From: Dehalococcoidia bacterium
GTDB taxonomy: Bacteria > Chloroflexota > Dehalococcoidia > Lucifugimonadales > CAUZJF01
Assembly: GCA_965237635.1 (NCBI GenBank)
Contig: CBDEFX010000002.1
Coordinates: 402,554-466,553, forward strand
DNA length: 64,000 nt
Direction: 5' to 3'
Shown here: positions 1-9,643 of the stretch, one piece after another
How the letters are laid out: every line of letters starts with the position of its first letter
How positions within the stretch are numbered: the first letter of the stretch is position 1
Notes under the pieces: model-generated
What the model saw: only the letters and a program-made list of their open reading frames with translations
Database searches by the model: none
What the model was told of the DNA's origin: nothing
Program-made: the position numbers and the translations under genes

Positions 1-333
1 GACGCTCTGGCGCCCCAGGAGACGAAGGTTCTCGTCGAGCTGGGCCCGCAGCGCGTCGTAGGAGCGGTACCTGGCGGGACTCCCCAGGCGTCCTAGCTTG
101 GTCGCCAGTAGGTATTTCTCGGAGCGGTCCTTCAGCGCGTCGCGTAGTACCGCCTGGCTCATTCCGCCGCCGTATTCCGGCGAGGTGTCGAAGTAGGAGA
201 CGCCGAACTCCAGGGCGCGGTGGACGGTGGCGACGCCGTCGGCGAACGAGCTCTGATATAGGCCAACCCCGCCGAGTCCAATGACGGACACCTCGTCTCC
301 GGTTTGTCCGTAGGGGCGTGTCTCCAGCGCCAT
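1..333 (-). CDS. Aldo/keto reductase, 5' part (runs off the window start)
   Basis: Manual translation from ATG at 333: MALETRPYGQTGDEVSVIGLGG...YFDTSPEYGGG...LLATK. Close paralog of the next gene; not in the ORF track. Confidence 0.85.
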   Translation of the reverse strand, partial: MALETRPYGQTGDEVSVIGLGGVGLYQSSFADGVATVHRALEFGVSYFDTSPEYGGGMSQAVLRDALKDRSEKYLLATKLGRLGSPARYRSYDALRAQLDENLRLLGRQSV

Positions 334-375
334 CACCCAGCCTCCTTCTGTCCCCGCAGTCCGTGCATCGTGGGC

Positions 376-1272
376 CTATGTGACGCCCAGGGCCTCGAGG
401 GTCTGGTGCAGGTCGGCCAGCAGCGGCCCCTTCTCGGCCGCCGCGACGCTCTCCTCTATCTCCGATCGCTTCGCCGCGCCCACGAGTATGGTGCTGAAGT
501 CGGGGTCGGCGAGAAGGTAGCGGATCGTGAGCTCCACCAGTGAAAGGCCGGACTCGCGTTGCACAGCGTACAGGCTCTCCAGGGCATCGGGCATGTCGGC
601 CGGCAGCTTGATGATAGCGCCCAACACGACGGTCATATCCTTGGCCTGGGCACTCGGTATCGTTTCGCGACGGGCGCGACGCCTGAGGATGTCGTAGTTG
701 AACGCGATAAGGCAGACATCGGCGTCAACATTGCTCGCGACAAGGCCCACACCGTCGGCGGTGTTTCCCGTGACCCTTACGAAACGGCACAGGCCCTCTT
801 CTTTGATTTCGCGAAGCACTTGCATGACCGGAGCGCCGGCAAAGTCATAGCTAGGATCGAGGGGTTCTCGTCTCTCCGGTGGCGGCGGCGAGTCCGTCCA
901 CCAGACGTGCTCGTCGGACTCATGCACCTGAACGGTGTCGACGCTGTCGCGACGCAGCAGCCGGAGGCCCTCGTCCAGCTGGGTCCTCAACGCATCATAG
1001 GAGCGGGACCTGGCGGGGACCCGCATGCGCCCGATCTTGGTCGCCAGCATGTGCTTCTCCGACCGCCCTTGCAGCGCCTCACCCATTATCGCCTGGCTCA
1101 CCCCGCCGCCGTAGTAGGGTGAGGTGTCGAAATAGGTGACGCCGAGCTCCAGGGCGCGCCGCACCGTGGCCACCCCCTCGGCGTACGAGTGCTCGTTGAG
1201 GAAAACCCCGCCCTGTCCTATGACGGTTACCCTATCGCCCGTGTTTCCGTAGGGTCGCGTTTCTAGCGCCAT
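376..1272 (-). CDS. Aldo/keto reductase
   Basis: AKR motifs GxGG, YFDTSPYYG, ATKIG, DTVQVH, LRYLL...ILVGA; 298 aa. Confidence 0.9.
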   Translation of the reverse strand: MALETRPYGNTGDRVTVIGQGGVFLNEHSYAEGVATVRRALELGVTYFDTSPYYGGGVSQAIMGEALQGRSEKHMLATKIGRMRVPARSRSYDALRTQLDEGLRLLRRDSVDTVQVHESDEHVWWTDSPPPPERREPLDPSYDFAGAPVMQVLREIKEEGLCRFVRVTGNTADGVGLVASNVDADVCLIAFNYDILRRRARRETIPSAQAKDMTVVLGAIIKLPADMPDALESLYAVQRESGLSLVELTIRYLLADPDFSTILVGAAKRSEIEESVAAAEKGPLLADLHQTLEALGVT

Positions 1273-1478
1273 CTACTGGTCTCCCTGGCCTTCGGGCTCC
1301 TTCCCCGCGCTATGGTAGCCTGGGGGCTCGATGGTGCGGTCTAGGGCCGGTTCAAATGCGGTAATCTTACCAGGTAGCCCGCCGAACTGCGGCGGCGGGC
1401 GGCGCCCTGAAGTATGCTACGGCTGCGCCTCCCGGACAGTACTAGACTAAGAGCGTATCTCCCTTTACAGGGGGATAG

Positions 1479-1668
1479 CTACCCCGCCGTGTGAGGTCCA
1501 AGCTCAACTAGCTGCCGCTCGATATAGGCCCGAGGCTCATCTAACATATGTCCATGCCCCGGGCCTATGAGCTTAAGATCGTAGTTCAGTAGCTTCCGTA
1601 GCGAGTCGAGGTGCACTCCCATATCCTCTGCTGTGAATCCCTCTCGGCGTCGGTAGACGCGACTGCAT
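1479..1668 (-). pseudogene. Internally deleted duplicate of the MBL-fold hydrolase at 3957-4577
   Basis: Keeps the start (ATG CAG..SRVYR) and the C-terminus GFTAEDMGVHLDSLRKLLNYDLKLIGPGHGHMLDEPRAYIERQLVELGPHTAG*. The catalytic middle is missing; the 3' flank GAGCGTATCTCCCTTTACAGGGG is shared with the intact copy. Confidence 0.85.
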
Positions 1669-1794
1669 TTGGCTCACCTCGGTTATCTGTTCCTTGCATC
1701 AGGTCCCTTCCCCTCCCCTTACGAGCCTAGGCTTTCAGGAAGGCGTCTTGACGAGCCTTGCCGGTCTCACATTCCTTGTCTTAGGGCGTATTCC

Positions 1795-2724
1795 TCACCC
1801 CATACCGATCTCACGTAGATAGGCACGCGTTCGTTTGGCAATAGGCAGCGGCACGTCCATCGGCGGCTGGTATATGTCCTGCTCGACCGTGGCCCACCCC
1901 TCGTATCCGACGTCGCGTAGCACTCCAACCAACGCTTCGAAGTCCACCACGCCTTCTCGGGGCTCGCAGAACACGCCCATAGCGGTCGCCTCCACCATCG
2001 GCATCTTCTCTGCCCTGACCCGTTTCAGAAGGTCCCCATTGACGTCCTTCAGGTGAATATAGGGGATCCGCTTGTGATGTTTCGCCATAAAGGTGACCGG
2101 GTCACCTCCGGTGTAGGCCAGGTGGCCCGTATCGAGACAGAGTGACACGAGGGCGGGATCGGTCTGCTCCAGCACTTTCTCGAGATGCTCTTCCGTCTCC
2201 ACATGGGTTTCGGCGTTCGCATGAAGAGTTAGCGTCAGGCCAAAATGTCCTCGGGCGATCTCGGCCATCTTGTTTGTCGCTTCGATCAGGCGTTTCCATC
2301 CATCATCGTCGATCTCAGAATCTGCTACCTGCTTGCCTGAAAGGAGATCGATATAATTGTCGTCGATCAGCACCAGGTATTTGGCGCCCAGGGAAGCTCC
2401 CATCTCTCCTGCCTGCAGAACATCGCTTTCGATTCGGGGCCAATGGGACGGATCATCGAGATGTCCGTTCATCACCGTGGTCGCCGTCAGATTCAGCCCC
2501 CGCTGATCCAGCTCCTTGCGTAGTGTCCGCACGTCTGTAGGCAGGTATCCATACGGACCTGCCTCAGTCCAGCGGTATCCCGCCTCGACGACTTCATCCA
2601 GGTACCGTTGCCAATGAACTTGGTTTGGCTGGTCGGGAAACCACACCCCCCACGAGTCCGGTCCGATGCCGATCTTGACGTTCAAGTTAACACCCTCAAT
2701 ATGTGTACCTGTCGGAATTCGCAC
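1795..2724 (-). CDS. Sugar phosphate isomerase/epimerase TIM barrel (IolE-like)
   Basis: GIGPDSWGVW, LHxxxxTHVE, LCLDTGHL, YIHLKD, EGWATVEQD motifs. Confidence 0.85.
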   Translation of the reverse strand: MRIPTGTHIEGVNLNVKIGIGPDSWGVWFPDQPNQVHWQRYLDEVVEAGYRWTEAGPYGYLPTDVRTLRKELDQRGLNLTATTVMNGHLDDPSHWPRIESDVLQAGEMGASLGAKYLVLIDDNYIDLLSGKQVADSEIDDDGWKRLIEATNKMAEIARGHFGLTLTLHANAETHVETEEHLEKVLEQTDPALVSLCLDTGHLAYTGGDPVTFMAKHHKRIPYIHLKDVNGDLLKRVRAEKMPMVEATAMGVFCEPREGVVDFEALVGVLRDVGYEGWATVEQDIYQPPMDVPLPIAKRTRAYLREIGMG

Positions 2725-2789
2725 ACGATGATTCGAGGGACGGAGCGCTATGTTCTACCACGGCTGGCTCGCGGGCCTCTCGACGGATC

Positions 2790-3551
2790 TTACAACGATC
2801 GTCCCAACGCCTGTAAGGTCTCCTGGGCCCCGCCGAGCATCCACCCGTCGTCCCCACCCACGGTCACCAAGAGGAAGCCTTCGTCTATCCGGCGTTGAGC
2901 TGTGGCAGCATCCGGGGTCATCAAGCCCGGAATCTTATTGGTCTTCCGGCATGCCGATAGCACCTCGAGGATAGCGGAGTTGTGGGCTTCGGCTCCTTGG
3001 GGAGTGGAGAGGTCAACACCCATTGACTGGGCCAGATCGTTCGGTCCGATCCAGCAACCATCCACGCCCTCAACCGACATGATCTGCTCGGCACGTTCGA
3101 GAGCCTGAGCCGTTTCGATCTGAACCGCCAGGAACACCTCACCGTCGATCCAACTCTTATAGTCGGGACCGTGGAATCCGGTACCGAATTCCCCGCCGGA
3201 ACGGCCCCCTCGGGGAGGATAGCGAACGGCAAATGCCGCCGCTTCCGCCTCTTCTACTGAATTGACCATTGGAACGACAATCCCCAAGGCTCCTTGGTCG
3301 AGCAGCCGACCGATAGCACCGAAGTCGTTGCTTCGGACCCGAGCCATCGGCACCGCCTGCCCCAGAGCGATACTCCTGAAGGCGTAGAAGGTACTTACGT
3401 CCTCCCAAACCCCGTGCTGGTTGTCGACTAATAAGAAGTCAAACCCCAGGGTCGAAAGCATCTCGGCCGCCAAGGGTGACCCTAGCCCAATCTCGGCTCC
3501 TATCGCGGGCTTGTCCTCTAGCATACGCTGCTTAGCAGTGTTGGCTCCCAT
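2790..3551 (-). CDS. HpcH/HpaI aldolase family protein
   Basis: LLVDNQHG, RLLDQGALGIVVPMV, YPPRGGRS, VQIET, GVDGCWIGPNDL. Start placed at ATG 3551 behind AGGAGG. Confidence 0.9.
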   Translation of the reverse strand: MGANTAKQRMLEDKPAIGAEIGLGSPLAAEMLSTLGFDFLLVDNQHGVWEDVSTFYAFRSIALGQAVPMARVRSNDFGAIGRLLDQGALGIVVPMVNSVEEAEAAAFAVRYPPRGGRSGGEFGTGFHGPDYKSWIDGEVFLAVQIETAQALERAEQIMSVEGVDGCWIGPNDLAQSMGVDLSTPQGAEAHNSAILEVLSACRKTNKIPGLMTPDAATAQRRIDEGFLLVTVGGDDGWMLGGAQETLQALGRSL

Positions 3552-3580
3552 CTGGCCCCTCCTCTTGTAGTTGACGGTAC

Positions 3581-3609
3581 TATCTAACACTGCGACCGGA
3601 AGAAGTCAA
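3581..3609 (-). promoter_or_regulatory. Candidate sigma70 promoter for the aldolase/IolE-like genes
   Basis: TTGACT-17 bp-TAGATA on the minus strand, ~30 nt upstream of the start codon. Confidence 0.4.
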
Positions 3610-3956
3610 CAACGGCTCGCGCGGGGAGCCGAGCCGGATGCCGTGGCAGCTGGCAACGGCGTTGCCGGCGAAGGTGGGCGCCTTAATCAAGAGAATTCCG
3701 CGCTTCGCCATCGCTCCGAGAGACAAGGCACGGCTCGCCGCTGGCGCCAAATTGAGTACGCCGGTTCGTTGGACCCTGGACATCAAAAAGGTCGGACCTG
3801 CTTTTGCAGGTCCTGCCGTTAGCCGTTGCCTTCTTTGCGGGCATTATTGTGGCCTACGACGTAATGACCCGTCTCTCAACTCTCAGGGCCAGCTAGGAAC
3901 CGGGGGTGGACCGGATGAAGATCGGCGTCCTTCAAAGATACAGAGCGTATCTCCCT

Positions 3957-4577
3957 TTACAGGGGGCCTGCCGCTCGAGGTCCAAGCTCAACTAGCTGCC
4001 GCTCGATGTGGGCTCGAGGCTCTTCTACCATAGGCCCATGGCCTGGGCCTATGAGCTTGAGATCATAATTCAGTAGCTTTCGCAGCGAGTCGAGGTGTGC
4101 TCCCATGTCCTCCACTTCGAATCCTTCATAGTTCCGTATGGTGTCCCCCGCAAAGAGAATGCCCTCTTCGCCATAGTAAACACTCAGGCTCCCTGGGGTG
4201 TGGCCGGGTGTGTGTACGAACTCCAGAGTCGCGGTGCCCAAATCAAGGGTCTCCGTGTCGGTTACGGTGTGGCTGACCCGGGTACCCGGATTCCCGCGCT
4301 CGATGTCCGGCTTCTCCGCAGCGGTAGAAACTATCGGGCTCCCCGTTGCCGAGGCTAGTTCGGAAGCGCCACCGCTGTGGTCCGGGTGGCTATGGGAAAC
4401 GACGACAGCGCTGATCTCCGGCCTGCCAGCCAAATCCCACATCTCCAATATCGCTCGCAGATGGTCATCATCATGGTAGCCTGCATCGATAAACGCGGCG
4501 CGGTGACCCCTAACGAGGTAGATGTTGTTATGAAAGTCGCCCACGGTGACTCGGTACACGCTGGAAGATACCTGCAT
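3957..4577 (-). CDS. MBL-fold metallo-hydrolase
   Basis: HSHPDH, TPGHTPGS, LFAGD, GPGHG metal-binding motifs. Confidence 0.9.
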   Translation of the reverse strand: MQVSSSVYRVTVGDFHNNIYLVRGHRAAFIDAGYHDDDHLRAILEMWDLAGRPEISAVVVSHSHPDHSGGASELASATGSPIVSTAAEKPDIERGNPGTRVSHTVTDTETLDLGTATLEFVHTPGHTPGSLSVYYGEEGILFAGDTIRNYEGFEVEDMGAHLDSLRKLLNYDLKLIGPGHGPMVEEPRAHIERQLVELGPRAAGPL

Positions 4578-4787
4578 ACGGCCTCTCTTCCGTGACGTCT
4601 GTTCCGCCCTTGGAAGGCGCTCTTGGTTCGATGGCTTATTCTACCTAACGTATGCTAGAACGCCTGTTGTCGCGCTTCTGCGTCTCGTGTCTCTTGGGTC
4701 GATGTCGATGAGCGTGTTGCCCTTGAAGGTGCAGGTGCCCTCCATAGTCTCCCACCTGAAAGGTCGATGCTCCCCTCGATCCGGTGA

Positions 4788-4829
4788 GTCAGTGAACGTG
4801 CCACCTACGTCGATTCCGATCTTGAACAC
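4788..4829 (-). pseudogene. 5' relic of a hydantoinase/oxoprolinase-family gene
   Basis: MFKIGIDVGGTFTD is the family N-terminal signature. Similarity ends after ~14 codons; the start overlaps the upstream stop. Confidence 0.6.
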
Positions 4830-5272
4830 TACTGTCCCGCGAATTGGGGGCCCATAGCCTCCTCGAGTACGTTGACGACACTACTGGCGCTCCCAACGTA
4901 CAGCACGATCAGTATGCCGCCTTTGTAAAAGTGAGGGGGCGCATCCCAACTCATTGTGGTAGTGCCAATCGAGCTGCCGTCCGCCGAAACGGTGCCGCTC
5001 GCGGCGTCTGCGCCCTCCACGGAACGAAATTGAAATACCCGAACGTCCTCGTTGTTCACGTCCAACAGCCGACCTTGCGTTCCTATGAAGAACGACTGCG
5101 CGGAGAAGCCTCGAATCCCAACCTTTGCTTCCAACGATCTAAGGCTGTCCACCAGACTTCTATAGTCCGTGACGGACTCCGGTCCTTCGTCGCCCCCACC
5201 CCCGCACGCCAGCGAGACCACCAACAGCGCTGCCATCCCAAAAGCCGCCGCGAGGCCCTTGATCCTGTTCAT
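4829..5272 (-). CDS. Hypothetical lipoprotein
   Basis: Signal peptide with lipobox SLAC followed by GGGG; 147 aa. Confidence 0.75.
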   Translation of the reverse strand: MNRIKGLAAAFGMAALLVVSLACGGGGDEGPESVTDYRSLVDSLRSLEAKVGIRGFSAQSFFIGTQGRLLDVNNEDVRVFQFRSVEGADAASGTVSADGSSIGTTTMSWDAPPHFYKGGILIVLYVGSASSVVNVLEEAMGPQFAGQ

Positions 5273-5551
5273 GTTGCTTGCACCGTAAATAGAGTGTAAC
5301 GGGACGGCCTTCGACCGAGAGTATGCATGTCTTTGCGAGGAATCTTGATTCCCTCGTAAAAACCCGTTTTGAGGAAGTTCCAGCGATTTAGCACATCTGC
5401 GCGCTACCGTATGTTGGGGTAGTGTACGGAACAGAGACTGTATATTGTACCCAGGTGTGGGTACGTTTGTTCTAATTCGACCTACACAGACTTTTTACGA
5501 GAGAATCAATCTTGAGTGTAGGCCGTATTTCCCCACTGGTCGGTGTTGCTG

Positions 5552-5566
5552 CCCCCCCCCCCCCCC
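5552..5566 (+). repeat. C15 homopolymer
   Basis: Direct count of 15 consecutive C in an intergenic region. Confidence 0.9.
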
Positions 5567-5657
5567 ACGCCTTAGCCTGCGTCGTAGATCGCTTCCTTCA
5601 GATACGACAGCATCCGCACAGCCGAAGTGACGACAGTTAGTCTAGACTTCCGGGCGC

Positions 5658-6446
5658 CTACTCGCCCTCCTCGATCGTTATCGTTCTGATCGCGTCCCCA
5701 GGCGTGGTAGCCGTTAGAGGGTCTCGGGGCGAGATGCTGTTGACCACGTCCATGCCCTTGATCACTCTTCCGAACACCGTATGACAGGAAACCCTGAAAG
5801 CCACGGTACCGATCTGCTCAGCCCCACCACAATCTCTTGGATCACCCTCTCGCGTGAAGCCGTCCAGACTGGGGGATGCCACCAAGGTTATGAAGAACTG
5901 GCTCCCGTTGGTGCCAATCGTCCTAGATAGCACTCCAGGCGCATCATGCCACCTTTTCAGGCTGAACTCGTTGTCGAAGGTGTAGCCCGGCCCGCCCTGG
6001 CCGGTACCCGTGGGGTCGCCGCTATGGGCCTTTAAGCCGGGAATTACCCGATGAAAGGTCACTCCATCGTAGTAGCCATCCCTCGCCAGGAAGACGAAGC
6101 TGTTTACGGTCACCGGCGCCTCTTGCGGGAACAGCTGCATAACGATCTCGTCGCCCTTCTCCATATGGATCGTTGCCTTGTAGTCCTTGTTCGGATTGAT
6201 CGTCAAAGGGGGCGGGGCTGAGTACTGTTTGGGTTTCACGGAGGTCTCCGGTGCTTCGGGCGAGGGAGCCGTCGGCGCAGGCGTCGCGGCGGGAGTAGGC
6301 GAGGGTGTTGCAGCGGCTGGCCGTGCAGGGGGAGCCGGTGGGGGCTTCGGGGCTGGGATTGGCGTGGGCTCCTCCTCGACGCCACACGCGAGTACAAATA
6401 ATATTACGGTGAAACATATGAAAGGCAGCGGATTGCGAAGGCTCAT
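5658..6446 (-). CDS. Cyclophilin-type peptidyl-prolyl isomerase, lipoprotein with Pro/Ala/Thr linker
   Basis: APVTVNSFVFLARDGYYDGVTFHRVIPG, GDPTGTG, NGSQFFIT, HTVFGRV; lipobox VLAC. Start likely 6446 or 6455, not 6722. Confidence 0.85.
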   Translation of the reverse strand: MSLRNPLPFICFTVILFVLACGVEEEPTPIPAPKPPPAPPARPAAATPSPTPAATPAPTAPSPEAPETSVKPKQYSAPPPLTINPNKDYKATIHMEKGDEIVMQLFPQEAPVTVNSFVFLARDGYYDGVTFHRVIPGLKAHSGDPTGTGQGGPGYTFDNEFSLKRWHDAPGVLSRTIGTNGSQFFITLVASPSLDGFTREGDPRDCGGAEQIGTVAFRVSCHTVFGRVIKGMDVVNSISPRDPLTATTPGDAIRTITIEEGE

Positions 6447-6642
6447 AGCCAGCATGGCCGTGTTTTGACTTACCTGTCTCAATTCCTCAATGGCCTCAGG
6501 CTTCGAGGGCAGCCCAAACGAGATGGCGACATCATAGGCCGTTCTTTGGATGCCGGTCAATCCCCGATATCTCCGACAGTAGACACGATTCCGGTCGTAA
6601 CCCACGAACGTGCCGTTGGTGTTGCGATTCTGCTGCTTGTAA

Positions 6643-7092
6643 CGGGCCCGAACCGAGCTCCGCCTACTTGAAGATCTAGGTGTCGCGACCGTCTTCCCTG
6701 ACACTCCCATTGCGGCAAGCATCGTCGAACACTCTACGACTCCAGAAGGTCTGCACAGCGCTGCCCTTCAACTACGGCAAGAGTTTGCTGAATTGAGAGC
6801 AAACATGAGCAAGCTCGAGGATGAGCTACTAAAAGACGACGTTACGCTGGATCAGAAGTCCAAGAAGTTGAATCACTTGGAGTCGCTGGCTCGCGAGTTG
6901 TGGCCGACTGAGGCGAACGGAATTCGGAAGGCTACGATTGAGCTGTCGGGTATCGTAGACGCGTTACCCGAGACATTGGCTGGAGGCGTTCTCGCGGAAG
7001 CCCCTGGACTCGCGAAATGGTTGATGGGTGTACCATTTGATCTGGTCATGAGCCACCTTCGACGTCGAAAGATACGGCCGCGGTCAGGGTGA
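6643..7092 (+). pseudogene. Hypothetical protein, probably 5'-truncated
   Basis: The frame of ORF 6793-7092 stays open back to a TAA near 6640 (RLLEDLGVATVFPDTPIAASIVE...) with no clear start. Confidence 0.35.
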
Positions 7093-7380
<288 letters not shown>

Positions 7381-7476
7381 AACCTACGGCACTACTCGTC
7401 GTAACTGAGGTATCCTCAAAAAGTGTGTAAACGGTCAGGCGGTGTACCCTCTCTCTGAACAACACGGGCTCAAGGC

Positions 7477-8847
7477 GGTCACGTCCCGTCAAGTGGTGTA
7501 AGAGTGCGTCATCCTGTTGATGTTGTTTAGGCGGCTGTCGCCTCCGCGAGATCGGCCTCTGGAGGAGCTTCGTTTAGGGTCAGCACGACAGGTGTGATGT
7601 ATCGACGGCCAACGGCCCATTCGTCGTGCTGTTCAGCGAGGACGGGGCCAACCAGGCGACGCACGGCTGGTCGGTTAGGGAAGATGCCCACGACATCGGT
7701 GCGACGCCTGATCTCCTTGTTGAGACGCTCCAGGGGGTTGTTGGACCAGATCTTCTTCCAGTGGGCGACAGGGAAGCTGGAGAAGGCCAGGATATCGGGT
7801 CCAGCCTCGTCCAGTAGAGAGGCCACCTGAGGGAACCGGTCTCCGAGTTGATCGGTCACCCTATCGAGTTGGGCGTGTACCTCATCGGGGGAGGGTTGCT
7901 GGTAGATGGTGCGGACCATGGTGGCCATCCATGGTTGGACTCTTCTGGGTACCCGAGTGAGCAGGTTGGTCATGAAGTGGGTGCGGCACCGTTGCCAGCT
8001 GGCTCCGCCGAAGACTGCGGCGATGGCGCCGCGGAGTCCCTGATGAGCGTCCGATACCACCAGCTCCACCCCGCTGAGGCCCCTGGCGGACAGCGAGCGT
8101 AGGAAGGCCAGCCAGAAGGCGCCGTCTTCACTGGTACCCACGTCCATCCCAATGATCTTCCGCTTGCCCTCGCCATTGACGGCCGTCGCCACCACCACGC
8201 TGACGTTGACGCTCCTACCGGCCTCTCTGACCTTCTGGATTGGTGCGTCCATCCACAGGTAGGGATATGGTCCACCGTCCAGCGGACGGCCCAGGAAGCC
8301 ATCCACCACCACGTCCAGCTCCTGACAGATACGCGACACCTGGCTCTTGGAGATACCCTCACACCCCAGGGCCTTGACCAGGTCGTCCACCCGCCTTGTC
8401 GATACACCTTCCACGTAGGCCTGCTGAATGACCGCCAGCAGAGCTCGCTCGCTGCGACGCCGTGGCTCCAGCAGGCTCGGGAAGTAGCTCCCCTCTCGAA
8501 GCTTCGGGATGTGCAGCTCCATAGTCCCCACCCGGGTATCCCACGCCCGGGACCGATACCCGTTGCGCTGGGTCACCCGCTCAGGGCTGCGTTCTCCATA
8601 CTCAGCATCGATCCTCGATGACACCTCCGCATCCATGATCCCCTCTACCAGCACTCTCAGTGCCTCCCGTAGGAAGTCCACGTCACCGTCCATTCCCCCC
8701 CTGCGCAATAGCTCCAGCAGGTTCATCCTTTCCTTGACCACTGTTGTCCTCCTTTCTCGAGCTTTCTTCTTTGCCCGCTAAGGATGACGCGGTGGTCTCT
8801 CTTTCTCCAGACCCTCTCCCTCTTACACCACTTCCTGGGACTCTACT
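7477..8847 (-). mobile_element. IS256-family element A, copy 1
   Basis: Imperfect 22-bp IRs (GGTCACGTCCCGTCAAGTGGTG / AGTAGAGTCCCAGGAAGTGGTG); 8-bp TSD CTCAAGGC at 7469-7476 and 8848-8855. Confidence 0.92.
7527..8741 (-). CDS. IS256-family (mutator) transposase
   Basis: [57 protein letters not shown]. Confidence 0.95.
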   Translation of the reverse strand: MVKERMNLLELLRRGGMDGDVDFLREALRVLVEGIMDAEVSSRIDAEYGERSPERVTQRNGYRSRAWDTRVGTMELHIPKLREGSYFPSLLEPRRRSERALLAVIQQAYVEGVSTRRVDDLVKALGCEGISKSQVSRICQELDVVVDGFLGRPLDGGPYPYLWMDAPIQKVREAGRSVNVSVVVATAVNGEGKRKIIGMDVGTSEDGAFWLAFLRSLSARGLSGVELVVSDAHQGLRGAIAAVFGGASWQRCRTHFMTNLLTRVPRRVQPWMATMVRTIYQQPSPDEVHAQLDRVTDQLGDRFPQVASLLDEAGPDILAFSSFPVAHWKKIWSNNPLERLNKEIRRRTDVVGIFPNRPAVRRLVGPVLAEQHDEWAVGRRYITPVVLTLNEAPPEADLAEATAA

Positions 8848-8878
8848 CTCAAGGCCCAAGAGAGGAGATAGACCGCCC

Positions 8879-9626
8879 ATGAGGAAGGAAAGTACTGAGA
8901 GTAGGTCGGAGTCAAGGCCGGAGTGGGAGCAGTTGGAGGATTGGGTGCGAAGCCAGGTCCAGAGGCTGATCCAGGAGTTGCTGGAGGAGGAGGTGACGGA
9001 GTTTCTGGGAAGGGCGAAGTCGGCGCTCAGATCCGACTCGGACTCAGATACCGGCTATCGGAACGGATACGGCAGAGCCCGGAGGCTTACGCTGAGTTCG
9101 GGAACGATACAGCTGAGGCGGCCGCGAGTCCGCGATACCGAGGAGCAGTTCGAGAGCCGGCTGCTGCCGCTGTTCGTCAACAGGACCAGGAAGGTTGCTG
9201 AGTTGATCCCCGAGCTGTACTTGCACGGTCTATCCGAAGGCGACTTCGATCTGGCTTTGCGGGGGCTGCTGGGAGAGGACGCACCGGTATCGGCGAGCAC
9301 GGTGGCCCGGTTGAAGTCCAAGTGGAACGATGAGCTTGCCCAATGGCGCAGCCGGCCCCTGGATGACCTCGAAGTGGTGTACATGTGGGTGGATGGAGTC
9401 TACGTCAAGGCTGGTCTTGAGAAGGAGAAGGCGGCGGTACTGGTGGTGATGGCGGCCTTGAGCGACGGGAGCAAGGTGGTGGTGAGCGCTATTCCCGGAT
9501 ACAGGGAGTCCACAGAGAACTGGTCCGAGGTGCTCAGGGACATCAAGCGCCGGGGCTTGAGCTGCCCGAGGCTGGTGGTTGGAGACGGACACCTGGGCAT
9601 CTGGGGAGCTCTGCGCAACGTCTATC
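8879..9626 (+). pseudogene. IS256-family transposase, 3'-truncated
   Basis: YRNGYG, LYLHGLS, YMWVDGVY, LVVGDG; the sequence switches to the IS3 terminus at 9627. Confidence 0.85.
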
Positions 9627-9643
9627 TAAGGTGGACCCCATTA

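Larger units (their letters stand above)
7407..9626 (+). mobile_element. IS256-family element B, interrupted by IS256 element A and truncated by IS3
   Basis: IR-like GAGGTATCCTCAAAAAGTGTGTAAA at 7407. The leader is split by the 7477-8847 insertion; the transposase starts at 8879. Confidence 0.7.

Noticed and set aside
3638-3897. Small + strand ORFs between the aldolase and MBL genes
   Set aside because: Only a short hydrophobic stretch in one frame with no convincing start; too weak to call.
6447-6722. N-terminal 90-aa extension of the cyclophilin
   Set aside because: The signal peptide and lipobox begin at ~6446; the extension is probably the antisense of a decayed + strand gene.
8744-8878. 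N-terminal extension of the IS256-B transposase ORF
   Set aside because: It lies inside IS256-A; the RBS and ATG at 8879 mark the real start.
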